From Marinobacter sp. (GTDB taxonomy: Bacteria > Pseudomonadota > Gammaproteobacteria > Pseudomonadales > Oleiphilaceae): a DNA stretch of 64,000 nt. A model generated the notes under the pieces. It searched no databases, was not told where the DNA came from, and was given only the letters and a program-made list of their open reading frames with translations. The stretch spans positions 5-64,004 of the forward strand of contig JAKLLS010000003.1 of the NCBI GenBank assembly GCA_022014155.1, read 5' to 3'. The translations under genes and the position numbers were made by a program. Shown piece after piece: positions 1 to 10,103 of this stretch. The number at the start of each line of letters is the position of its first letter. The first letter of the stretch is position 1.

Positions 1-1
1 C

Positions 2-526
2 ACATGCGGTCTTTGTTCCCGTCTACGTCGCGGAATTCTTTATAATTTTGCACAAGAGCACGGTGTCACCAAGATTGCGCTGGGTCACCATAGGGATGAC
101 CTTCTGGAAACCCTGTTCCTGAACATGTTCTACGGCGGCAAGCTCAAATCGATGCCGCCGGTGCTGCACAGCGATGATGGTCGCAATACGGTGATTCGCC
201 CCCTGGCATTCAGCCGTGAAAAGGACATTGCCCGTTATGCGGCACTGCGTGAATTTCCGATTATTCCCTGTAACCTGTGCGGCTCCCAAGAGAACCTGCA
301 GCGCCAGGTGATTAAGGAAATGTTCCAGACCTGGGACAAGCAGCACCCGGGCCGTTTGGAAACCATGTTCCGTGCCATGTGCAACGTGGAGCCATCGCAC
401 CTGGCGGATAGCTCGCTGTACGATTTCCGTGAGGGTAAGCGCCTGAATGGGCAAAACGCGCCGGCCGTTGGCTCCGTAGAGCCCGAGCCCGCAGACTTCG
501 GTCGGCTGGACGTGCTCAATATCTGA
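2..526 (+). CDS. ttcA: tRNA 2-thiocytidine(32) synthetase TtcA, 5'-truncated by the window edge
   Basis: Open frame from position 2 reads [11 protein letters not shown]...IALGHHRDD...[12 protein letters not shown]...[15 protein letters not shown], with both TtcA CxxC motifs. Confidence 0.95.
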   Translation, partial: TCGLCSRLRRGILYNFAQEHGVTKIALGHHRDDLLETLFLNMFYGGKLKSMPPVLHSDDGRNTVIRPLAFSREKDIARYAALREFPIIPCNLCGSQENLQRQVIKEMFQTWDKQHPGRLETMFRAMCNVEPSHLADSSLYDFREGKRLNGQNAPAVGSVEPEPADFGRLDVLNI

Positions 527-548
527 ATCGGGATCCTGGCGAGTGGCT

Positions 549-1250
549 TTACCCGCCGTGCCCGCCACGCAGTACCATACCGAGGGGCAGGGTCCAGATC
601 CCAAAACCGATTAGCAGTACACCCGTCAGCTGTCGGATCTGCTGCTGGCCCTGAAGCTTTTTTATCCAGGTTGCCGCGTAACCGGTGGCTAGCATGGAAG
701 GCAGAGTGCCCAGGCCGAAAAAGACCATGGTAGCGGCCGCGCTACCGACAGAAGGCTGCAGTGCGGCCCACCCGAGGGTGCTGTAGATCAGGCCGCAGGG
801 TAACCAGCCCCACAGACTCCCCAGGGCAAGTGCCTGCCAGGCATGGTGGACGGGCAGGAAGCGTCGGGTGAGGGGGGATAGCGCCTTCCATACCGGGGCA
901 CCAACACGTTCAACATAACGAATGCCCTGCCACCACTGGCCCATCGACAGCCCCATCAGAATCAGCAAGATACCCGCGACGCTTCTCAGTAATGGCGCGA
1001 GCTGGGCCCACTGGTCGGCAGCGCTGGTGGTCAGCAACGCAATCAGGGTCGCAATCACCGTGTAGCTGAAAATGCGCCCGCCATTGAAGGCCAGGAGCAT
1101 CAACGTCTGGCGCAGGCGAAATCCTCTGCCGACCGGCAGGGCCATGGACAGAGAGGCGCTGATGCCACCGCACATGGCCAGACAATGGGTACTGCCCAAC
1201 AAGCCGATGAGAAAGGCGCTGGGGTAGCTCAGGTACAAGCCTTCTGTCAT
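549..1250 (-). CDS. DsbD_2 / TauE-SafE family membrane protein (cbb3 assembly-associated)
   Basis: HCLAMCGGI and GWLPCGLIY motifs; multi-TM; overlaps the ccoS stop codon. Confidence 0.85.
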   Translation of the reverse strand: MTEGLYLSYPSAFLIGLLGSTHCLAMCGGISASLSMALPVGRGFRLRQTLMLLAFNGGRIFSYTVIATLIALLTTSAADQWAQLAPLLRSVAGILLILMGLSMGQWWQGIRYVERVGAPVWKALSPLTRRFLPVHHAWQALALGSLWGWLPCGLIYSTLGWAALQPSVGSAAATMVFFGLGTLPSMLATGYAATWIKKLQGQQQIRQLTGVLLIGFGIWTLPLGMVLRGGHGG

Positions 1251-1477
1251 CAGCTGTCTTTTTTCTCGTCGCCGGTCTCGTCGGAGTCAGCGATTTTCCT
1301 TTCACTGGGTGGCTTGGCGTCATCCGGAATCATGTCCTTGTCATCGTCGTACAGGATGCGATGTGCCGGGCCTTCCAGGTCGTCGTACTGGCCGTTCTTG
1401 ACCGCCCAGGAAAAAAGAACGATACCCAAGGCCACGAGGATGAGCATGACGGGGACCAGGATCATTACTATTTGCAC
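1250..1477 (-). CDS. ccoS: cbb3-type cytochrome oxidase assembly protein CcoS
   Basis: N-terminal TM helix followed by WAVKNGQYDDLEGPAHRIL. Confidence 0.93.
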   Translation of the reverse strand: MQIVMILVPVMLILVALGIVLFSWAVKNGQYDDLEGPAHRILYDDDKDMIPDDAKPPSERKIADSDETGDEKKDS

Positions 1478-1516
1478 AGTGAAACCTCGGATTAACTGGG
1501 TGTCCTGACTAAGGTA

Positions 1517-3967
1517 TCAGGGTGTGGTCAGGGCGCCAACCGCATGGCGGCCGGTCTGGTGATCATCAGGGGTTGTGCGGCCAAGCCTCAGGGCGTTCAA
1601 TACCACCACCAGTGAACTCAGGGACATGCCGATGGCTGCAAGCCAGGGTGGCACCATGCCGGCGGCCGCCAGTGGTAGCGCCAGAACATTGTACACCAGG
1701 GCCCAGCCCAGGTTCTGACGAATGATCCGGCGGGTCAGGCGACTGGTGTTCATGGCCTCGGTCAGTTGCATCAACTGGCCATTGAGCAGCACGGCATCCG
1801 CCTTCAGTTGCGTCAGGTCGGCGGCACTGCCCATGGCCACGGAAATGCCTGCGCCGGCCATGGATGGCAGATCATTTAATCCGTCGCCCACCATCATCAC
1901 ATTACGGCCTTCAGCCACCAGCTTTTGTAGCGTTTCCAGCTTCTGTTCCGGTGTGGCCTGGCCGATGGCCTCGTCAACGCCCACGCTCCGTGCAATCTGC
2001 TCCACATGCCCTGACCGGTCACCACTGAGTAGCAGCGTGTGGATGCCCAAAGACTTCAGTCTGGCGATGGTGGCCTTCGCGTCGGGCCGGGGCTGGTCGT
2101 CCAGCGTGAAGCGCGCCAGCCATTCACTATCGGTGGCCAGCCAGATGTCTATACCCTGACTGGCTGGTGCCGATGGTTGTGGGCCGCGGGTGTGCTCTCT
2201 GACAAACTCACTGTGGCCGATATACACCGGTTTGCCATCATGGATGCCGGACAGACCGCCACCCAGATGGTTGGTGACGGAGGACACCGCAGCGCCGGCG
2301 AACGGGTGGAAAATCCGGGCAATGGGGTGCTCGGAGTGTTTTTCCAGGCCGGTGGCGAGACTCATGCAGGCTGATTTGTTCAGCGAACCGGTCACTCGTG
2401 TTTCAATCAGGCTGAGTTCACCACGGGTGAGGGTGCCGGTCTTATCGAAAATAACCGTGTCGATATCGTTGAGGGATTCCAGGGTGTGGCCGCGTGTGGG
2501 CAGAAATCCCAGCCGGCGAAGTCTGACCGTTGCCGAGGTGATAGCCGTCGGCGTCGCCAGCGATAAGGCACAGGGGCAGGTGACCACCAGCACGGAGAGG
2601 GTAATATCAAACGCGTTGTCGGCTCCTGCGAGCCACCAGCCTACCCATACCAGCGGCGTCAGGATCAGCACCCGACTGACAAAGGTGCCCGCGATACGAT
2701 CGGCCATTCTGGCCACCGGAGGTTTCTCCGCCTGTACGCGGTCGAGAATGCGAAGTATGCCGGAGAGCCGGGTCTGGGCCCCGGCACAGCTGACTTCAAT
2801 ATCCAGAGGGTTTTCGCCGTTAACGCTGCCGGCATGCACGGTATCGCCGGGCTGCCGGGTTTCTGGCAGGTACTCGCCGGTCAGGGCGGCTTCGTTGAGT
2901 GTGGAATGACCGCTGATGATGCGACCATCCACCGGTAACGTCTCCCCGGGACGTACCCGGATGGTGTCCCCGGTACGCAGTTCATGGCTGGCGACAATGG
3001 CGGTAGTATCCCCGCTGATGCGCGTCGCCACGTCCGGTTGAAAGCCGGCCAGGGCGTTACCGGCAAGCCCTGCCCGATACCGCGCCTGCATTTCGATGTA
3101 GCGGCCCAGCAACAGGAAAAATGTAAACATGCACACCGACTCGAAATAGACTTCGTCTCCGCCCATGACGGTGACCCAGGCGCTGGCGGCGTACGCCAGA
3201 CCAATAGCAATGGCGACCGGTACATCCATGGTCAGGTGGCGGCTAAGCAGGTCCCTGCGGGCATTGCGGAAAAAGGGCCGGGCACTGAACAGCACCACCG
3301 GTGTGGCGACCAGCAGGCTGAACCAGCGAAAAAAAGAAATGAAATCCGGGGACAGGTCATTGACCAGCTCAAAATACAGGGGGAACGCCAGCATCATACT
3401 CTGCATGGTGCCGATGCCTGCAACCGCGAGCCGAATCAGTGTGGTACGGTGTTCTGCCTTGAGAGCTTTCTCAGCGTCGTCTGCCTGATAGGGCCTGGCC
3501 CGGTAGCCGAGTTCGTGGATGGCAATGAGCAGGTCGCTCAGCTTCGCCTGTTCCGCAGACCAGACCAGTCGTGCCCGCTGGGTACTATGGTTCACGGAAA
3601 AGGACTGCACTCCGGGTTGTTTGGCCATGTGGCTTTCCAGCAACCAGATGCACGCAGCGCAGGTGATGCCCTCAATCAGCAGCTGGGCTTCCTGTCCGCC
3701 TTTGGTGGCAGTGACGAAGGACGACTGAACCAGTGGATGATCCACTTCCCGGATTCGCTCCAGTTCGTTTCCGGTCAGCTGCTTCGGCGTGACGGCGGGT
3801 TCGGTCCGGTATTGATAAAAGCCGGTCAGTCCTTCCGAGCGGATGGTTTCACACACAGCCTTGCAACCCCGGCAGCAGAACTGCCGGGTTTCGCCGTCAA
3901 GGTCAAGGATAATTGGCGGCGAGCCTTCAGCCGCTTCGCCGCAATGGAAACAGGGTGGGGTATTCAC
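1517..3967 (-). CDS. ccoI: Cu-transporting P1B-type ATPase CcoI/FixI
   Basis: N-terminal CFHCGE..FCCRGC, HMA CAAC, TGE, CPC, DKTGTLT and GDGLND motifs; located in the cco operon. Confidence 0.93.
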   Translation of the reverse strand: MNTPPCFHCGEAAEGSPPIILDLDGETRQFCCRGCKAVCETIRSEGLTGFYQYRTEPAVTPKQLTGNELERIREVDHPLVQSSFVTATKGGQEAQLLIEGITCAACIWLLESHMAKQPGVQSFSVNHSTQRARLVWSAEQAKLSDLLIAIHELGYRARPYQADDAEKALKAEHRTTLIRLAVAGIGTMQSMMLAFPLYFELVNDLSPDFISFFRWFSLLVATPVVLFSARPFFRNARRDLLSRHLTMDVPVAIAIGLAYAASAWVTVMGGDEVYFESVCMFTFFLLLGRYIEMQARYRAGLAGNALAGFQPDVATRISGDTTAIVASHELRTGDTIRVRPGETLPVDGRIISGHSTLNEAALTGEYLPETRQPGDTVHAGSVNGENPLDIEVSCAGAQTRLSGILRILDRVQAEKPPVARMADRIAGTFVSRVLILTPLVWVGWWLAGADNAFDITLSVLVVTCPCALSLATPTAITSATVRLRRLGFLPTRGHTLESLNDIDTVIFDKTGTLTRGELSLIETRVTGSLNKSACMSLATGLEKHSEHPIARIFHPFAGAAVSSVTNHLGGGLSGIHDGKPVYIGHSEFVREHTRGPQPSAPASQGIDIWLATDSEWLARFTLDDQPRPDAKATIARLKSLGIHTLLLSGDRSGHVEQIARSVGVDEAIGQATPEQKLETLQKLVAEGRNVMMVGDGLNDLPSMAGAGISVAMGSAADLTQLKADAVLLNGQLMQLTEAMNTSRLTRRIIRQNLGWALVYNVLALPLAAAGMVPPWLAAIGMSLSSLVVVLNALRLGRTTPDDHQTGRHAVGALTTP

Positions 3968-3972
3968 GCGAA

Positions 3973-4476
3973 CTAACGGTTTACCGCGCCCACTTGAATG
4001 GCGGTGTCAGAGGGCAGGGACGTTTCGCCCTTCAGGCGCCAGTCGTTGTCGGGACTGCGCAGATCAAAATACCAACGGCCTTTGATATCCTGATTCATGG
4101 TTGCCCGATAGGTGCCCTGACCGGTTCGGGTAAACTGAATGGTCCTGTCCTTTTCAGCGATGGTCGGGTGAAACAGGTTGAGGATCAGGTAAGGGTAATC
4201 CGTCTGACCGGAATGGCTGTCCAGCATCAGCTTGATGTTCCGGTCGGAGAATGACATGTTTGCCTGAAGCCCCAGATCACTGGCTTTCTGATCGCGGGCA
4301 ATTTCCATGTTGATGCCGCGACCTTCTTTGGAATAGTCGTCGGTCACCATGGAATTCTCGGTGTTCATTGCGATGGTGATGGCAATGGCACAATAGGTGA
4401 TGGAAGCCAACGGAAAAATCGTCAGAAACCAGAACCAGGGCTGGCGATACCAGGGCTTAACAGCGTCTTCAGTCAT
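3973..4476 (-). CDS. ccoH: FixH/CcoH family protein
   Basis: KPWYRQPWFWFL..P N-terminus, DDYSKEG..IN motif, HPT...DR; lies between ccoG and ccoI. Confidence 0.88.
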   Translation of the reverse strand: MTEDAVKPWYRQPWFWFLTIFPLASITYCAIAITIAMNTENSMVTDDYSKEGRGINMEIARDQKASDLGLQANMSFSDRNIKLMLDSHSGQTDYPYLILNLFHPTIAEKDRTIQFTRTGQGTYRATMNQDIKGRWYFDLRSPDNDWRLKGETSLPSDTAIQVGAVNR

Positions 4477-4520
4477 AACTCGTTATCTCTCAAGTAGGTC
4501 CGTAACGGGTAGCCGGAATG

Positions 4521-5951
4521 CTAGCGGGTAGGACCGACAAATCGGCTTTCAGTTTCAATGATCAGTGACTCATCGGTTTCCGAAGTAATGCGGAACCGGA
4601 TGATGTTGTTACTCTCGGTGATTGCCTCCGGGGCTACATCCACGACTGTCGGAAGCGCCCGATTCTCACCACTGTCAACCGTCACTTGGGTATCTGTTAA
4701 GAGCTGCATACCCTCCATGCCAGAAACTGAGATGGTGAAGGTTTGCGGTACCTCCGTCATATTGGCGATTTTGAGGGTGTATGAGTTCTCGACTCGCCCC
4801 TGTCCATTGAAGCCGAACGGCGCGCCTCGGTCCTTGAGGACATCCAGCTGCGCCGGCACCCGGGTCGCCAGGACAAACACAATCGCGCCGATCATCAACG
4901 CCAGCGCCGCGCCATAACCGAAGGTGCGGGGGCGCATGAGTTTGGAGGGCTTACCCTCAAGCTCGTTCTCGGTGGTGTAGCGAATCAACCCTCTCGGGTA
5001 ATTCATCTTGTCCATCACCTCGTCGCAGGCATCAATGCACAGGGCGCAGCCGATACATTCGTACTGAAGTCCGTCCCGGATATCGATGCCGGTGGGGCAG
5101 ACCTGGACGCACTGGCCGCAGTCGATACAGTCACCCAGTCCGAGTTCCGCCGGATCCACGCCCTTCTTGCGCCCACCCCGGGGCTCACCACGGTTCGGGT
5201 CGTAGGACACCACGCGGGTATCGGGGTCAAACATCACCGACTGGAAGCGGGCATAGGGGCACATATACAGGCAGACCTGTTCACGCATCCAGCCGGCGTT
5301 GAGGTACGTGGCCAGGGTAAAGAAGCCGACCCAGAAATAGGCCCAACCGTTGGCCTGAAGCGTGAACAAATCGGCAATCAGTTCCCGAATGGGATAGAAA
5401 TAGCCGACGAACGTGAGGCCCGTTGCGAGGGCGATCAATAGCCAGGCGGTATGCTTCAGGGATTTTTTCACCACTTTTTGCGTGGATCGTGGCGATTTGT
5501 CCAGTTTCATGCGTTTGTTGCGGCTGCCCTCTATCCGCTCCTCAATCCACATGAAAATGAAGGTCCATACGGTTTGCGGGCAGGTGTAGCCACACCAGAC
5601 TCGCCCAAACAGGGTGGTGATAAAGAACAGACCGAATGCGGCGATGATCAGAAGGCCCGACAGCAGGAAGAAATCTTTCGGGTATAAGGTCAGCCCGTAC
5701 AGGTGGAATTCCCTGGCGGGAAGGTCGAAGTGAATCAGTGGCTGTCCGTCCAGAGTGAGCCAGACAAACAGGAAATACATACCCATCAACACCAGCAGGC
5801 TGACGTTACGGATACGCTGGAAGAAGCCTTTGACTTCCTTGACGTAAATCTTCTTACGGCTGGCGTATAGCTCGACGGTTCCGGATTTATTGTTTTTATC
5901 GGAGGGGTCAGAGGACGGGTCAATCTGTTTGACCGGAATCTCACTGCTCAT
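4521..5951 (-). CDS. ccoG: Cytochrome c oxidase accessory ferredoxin-like protein CcoG
   Basis: GRVWCGYTCPQT, CLYMCPY and CIDCGQCVQVCP..CIGCALCIDAC 4Fe-4S motifs; ATG at 5951 preceded by GAGG. Confidence 0.95.
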   Translation of the reverse strand: MSSEIPVKQIDPSSDPSDKNNKSGTVELYASRKKIYVKEVKGFFQRIRNVSLLVLMGMYFLFVWLTLDGQPLIHFDLPAREFHLYGLTLYPKDFFLLSGLLIIAAFGLFFITTLFGRVWCGYTCPQTVWTFIFMWIEERIEGSRNKRMKLDKSPRSTQKVVKKSLKHTAWLLIALATGLTFVGYFYPIRELIADLFTLQANGWAYFWVGFFTLATYLNAGWMREQVCLYMCPYARFQSVMFDPDTRVVSYDPNRGEPRGGRKKGVDPAELGLGDCIDCGQCVQVCPTGIDIRDGLQYECIGCALCIDACDEVMDKMNYPRGLIRYTTENELEGKPSKLMRPRTFGYGAALALMIGAIVFVLATRVPAQLDVLKDRGAPFGFNGQGRVENSYTLKIANMTEVPQTFTISVSGMEGMQLLTDTQVTVDSGENRALPTVVDVAPEAITESNNIIRFRITSETDESLIIETESRFVGPTR

Positions 5952-6000
5952 CGCTACCTCCCGATGAAAATTAGCCACTGAGGAAGCTCAGGGGCATCAG

Positions 6001-6079
6001 GGTCTGTTCAAGCCTGTGCCCGCAAGGGCAGACACAGGGTTGAGCAGACCTTGGCCGGCGCCCGCAGGCCCCGGCCAGG
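6001..6079. other. Two stem-loops in the ccoP-ccoG intergenic region
   Basis: GGTCTGTTCAAGCCTGTG (6001-6018) is nearly complementary to CACAGGGTTGAGCAGACC (6033-6050); TGGCCGG (6052-6058) pairs with CCGGCCA (6071-6077). Confidence 0.55.
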
Positions 6080-6082
6080 TAC

Positions 6083-6973
6083 TCAGTTGGACAGGCTGTA
6101 AACGTACGCAGCCAGAATCTGGATCTGATCGTCGGAGAGACGCTCGCCCTGGGCAGGCATCTGGTTCTGTCGACCATTCATGACGGTCTCCTTGATCCAC
6201 CCGTAAGTAGATCCGTAAAGCCAGGTGTCATCTGTCAGGTTCGGCGCACCCATGGCCTGGTTCCCCTTGCCATCACTACCATGGCAGGCGGAACATGCCT
6301 GGGCAAAGACTTCCTTGCCGGCTTCCGCTGCTTCAGGATCATTAGCGCGATCGCTGAACGACAGCACGTAGTTAACGACCTGGTCAACCTGATCGGACGT
6401 CATGTTTGGCATCATACCCTTGGCAGGCATGTTGCCGTTACGTCCCTGGTGCAGGGTGGTCAGGATAGTGTCCGGATCGCCACCGTAGAGCCAGTCGTCA
6501 TCGGTCAGGTTGGGGAAACCAAGGGAACCACGGCCTGCTGATCCATGGCAAACTGCACAATTGTTGGCAAACAGGCGCTGGCCCATTTTCATGGCGTCTT
6601 CATTTTCGGCCAGCTCCACAACCGGAGTATCGCCGAATTTGGCATAAAGCTCACCATATCGGGCTTCGGCCTGCTGAACTTCCGCTTCCCACTGGTTATA
6701 TGAGGTCCATCCCAACAGGCCCTTGAAGTTCCCCAGGCCCGGATAAAGCGCCAGATAGCCCAGAGAGAATACACATGTTGCGATAAAGAGATAGAACCAC
6801 CACTTGGGCAGTGGGTTGTCCAACTCTTCAATGCCATCGAAGGAATGGCCTGTAGTCCGGTCTGTTTCGGTGTCCGTGGTCTGACTTTTGCGGGTTGCCA
6901 AGAGCAGCCACCAGCACCCGAAAATAGTACCGAGCACGATCACGCTGACCCAGATGCTCCAGAAGGTACTCAT
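6083..6973 (-). CDS. ccoP: cbb3-type cytochrome c oxidase subunit III
   Basis: TGHSFDGIEELDNPLPKWW; two CxxCH motifs (CAVCH, CSACH). Confidence 0.97.
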   Translation of the reverse strand: MSTFWSIWVSVIVLGTIFGCWWLLLATRKSQTTDTETDRTTGHSFDGIEELDNPLPKWWFYLFIATCVFSLGYLALYPGLGNFKGLLGWTSYNQWEAEVQQAEARYGELYAKFGDTPVVELAENEDAMKMGQRLFANNCAVCHGSAGRGSLGFPNLTDDDWLYGGDPDTILTTLHQGRNGNMPAKGMMPNMTSDQVDQVVNYVLSFSDRANDPEAAEAGKEVFAQACSACHGSDGKGNQAMGAPNLTDDTWLYGSTYGWIKETVMNGRQNQMPAQGERLSDDQIQILAAYVYSLSN

Positions 6974-7164
6974 TGCTTTTTCTCCGTTTTTTCCTGTTCA
7001 AGAGTACGCTTTTCCACTTCGTCATCGTCGAAGGGCAGGTGTGCCGCCTCGTCGTTTGCCTTCTTGCGGTGGGCGCTGTAGGCCCACCAGACGATTCCCA
7101 GAAACATCGCCATGACAAGAAGGGTGTGAATACCGCGTAACTCGTTCAAATCCATCGGGATCAC
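6970..7164 (-). CDS. ccoQ: cbb3-type cytochrome c oxidase subunit IV (start may be the ATG at 7155)
   Basis: Small TM protein [11 protein letters not shown]...[10 protein letters not shown] between ccoO and ccoP. Confidence 0.9.
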   Translation of the reverse strand: MIPMDLNELRGIHTLLVMAMFLGIVWWAYSAHRKKANDEAAHLPFDDDEVEKRTLEQEKTEKKQ

Positions 7165-7769
7165 CGTTTCTCAGAAATCACTGTGCCCAGCTGTTGCAGG
7201 TAGGCTACCAGCGCTTCAATTTCGAATTTGCCTTTCACTTCGGCGGATGCTTCGGCAATCTGCTCATCGCTGTATGGCACGCCCAGTGTCTGCAGTGTTG
7301 TCATCTTTGCTGCTGTGTCGGCATGGTTCACACGATTTTCAAACAGCCACGGAAAAGCCGGCATGTTGGACTCGGGAACAACGCTGCGGGGATCGTACAG
7401 GTGCTGGCGCTGCCATGCATCAGAGTAACGACCGCCCACCCGGGCCAGATCCGGCCCGGTACGCTTGGAGCCCCACAGGAACGGGCGGTCGTAAACGAAC
7501 TCGCCCGCCACGGAGTAGTGGCCATAACGCTCAGTCTCTGCCCGGAAGGGGCGAATCTGCTGGGTGTGGCACACGTGGCAACCCTCGCGGATGTAGATAT
7601 CGCGTCCTTCCAGCTCAAGCGCGGACAGGGGCTCCAGGCCCTCAACCGGCTCATTGGTGTCCTTGCTGAAAAACAGCGGTACTACTTCGGCCAGGAAACC
7701 ACCACTGATGGTGAGGATGATCAGAACGATCATCAGACCAAGGTTTTTTTCTACAATTTCGTGTTTCAT
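7161..7769 (-). CDS. ccoO: cbb3-type cytochrome c oxidase subunit II
   Basis: [20 protein letters not shown] and [14 protein letters not shown] motifs. Confidence 0.97.
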   Translation of the reverse strand: MKHEIVEKNLGLMIVLIILTISGGFLAEVVPLFFSKDTNEPVEGLEPLSALELEGRDIYIREGCHVCHTQQIRPFRAETERYGHYSVAGEFVYDRPFLWGSKRTGPDLARVGGRYSDAWQRQHLYDPRSVVPESNMPAFPWLFENRVNHADTAAKMTTLQTLGVPYSDEQIAEASAEVKGKFEIEALVAYLQQLGTVISEKR

Positions 7770-7784
7770 CTTGATTGTCTCCCG

Positions 7785-9215
<1,431 letters not shown>

Positions 9216-9285
9216 AGCCTTACCAATGGGTTTAGAGTGGGAAAATATGCGGGCGCAAGTATGGAGAAACCATTAGCGCTTTGCA

Positions 9286-9299
9286 ATGACTCAGATCAA
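9286..9299 (-). promoter_or_regulatory. Putative FNR/Anr box upstream of ccoN
   Basis: Minus strand TTGAT-CTGA-GTCAT versus consensus TTGAT-N4-ATCAA (8/10), 71-84 nt upstream of the ccoN ATG. Confidence 0.7.
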
Positions 9300-9448
9300 C
9301 TCAGAATGCCCGTCAAATGCGCCAGAATCAGCAACCTGCAAGGGTGGCTTGGGTTTTCTTTTGGTTTGCAGGGAGCTTAGCAGTAAAGTCGGGCTTTTGT
9401 TGTTTACCGCCCCTAATAATAGGGGGGAATGCTCACAAGGTGAATTGG

Positions 9449-10096
9449 ATGGAAGTTTATACTACCAAAGGCGGCAACCCTGGCACGGGGCCGGTTCTCA
9501 TTCTCGCCCACGGTGCCGGAGCGCCAGCGGATTCTTCCTTTATGATCAAACTGTCTGAGTCGCTTGCGCATCAGGGAGTGACCACCATACGGTTCGAATT
9601 TCCCTACATGGCAAGGCGACGCGAGGATGGTAAAAAGCGCCCGCCCGATCGTCAGCCCAAGTTGCTGGATCACTACGAGCAGGTGATTGCAGAGGTCATG
9701 GTAGGGCCTTTATCTGATCGTCCACTGTTTATTGGTGGGAAGTCCATGGGCGGACGGATGGCAAGCCTGTTGGCTGCCGATCCCCGGCTGGAGGGGCGCT
9801 TCAAAGGCGTCGTGTGTTTCGGCTATCCCTTTCATCCACCGGGAAAAGTGGATCGTTGGCGAATCGATCACTTCCCGGAAGTCTGGTGTCCGGTGCTTGT
9901 TGTTCAGGGCACTCGTGATCTGTTTGGCAAGCCGAATGAAGTCAGTGAACGGGTAACTTCATTCAAGAGGCTGAAACTGAACTGGCTGGAGGGCGGAAAT
10001 CATGACTTCCTGCCACTGGCGAAGCAGCCGGAAAGCCAGGAGGACCTTATCCAGCAGGCGGCTGAATCAGCGGCTTCCTTTATGGGGACGTACTAA
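9449..10096 (+). CDS. Alpha/beta hydrolase (KANL3/Abhydrolase_11-like); start uncertain
   Basis: LILAHGAGA, nucleophile elbow GGKSMGG, GYPFHPPGK, QGTRD, GNHDF. Confidence 0.85.
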   Translation: MEVYTTKGGNPGTGPVLILAHGAGAPADSSFMIKLSESLAHQGVTTIRFEFPYMARRREDGKKRPPDRQPKLLDHYEQVIAEVMVGPLSDRPLFIGGKSMGGRMASLLAADPRLEGRFKGVVCFGYPFHPPGKVDRWRIDHFPEVWCPVLVVQGTRDLFGKPNEVSERVTSFKRLKLNWLEGGNHDFLPLAKQPESQEDLIQQAAESAASFMGTY

Positions 10097-10103
10097 AGTT
10101 CTA

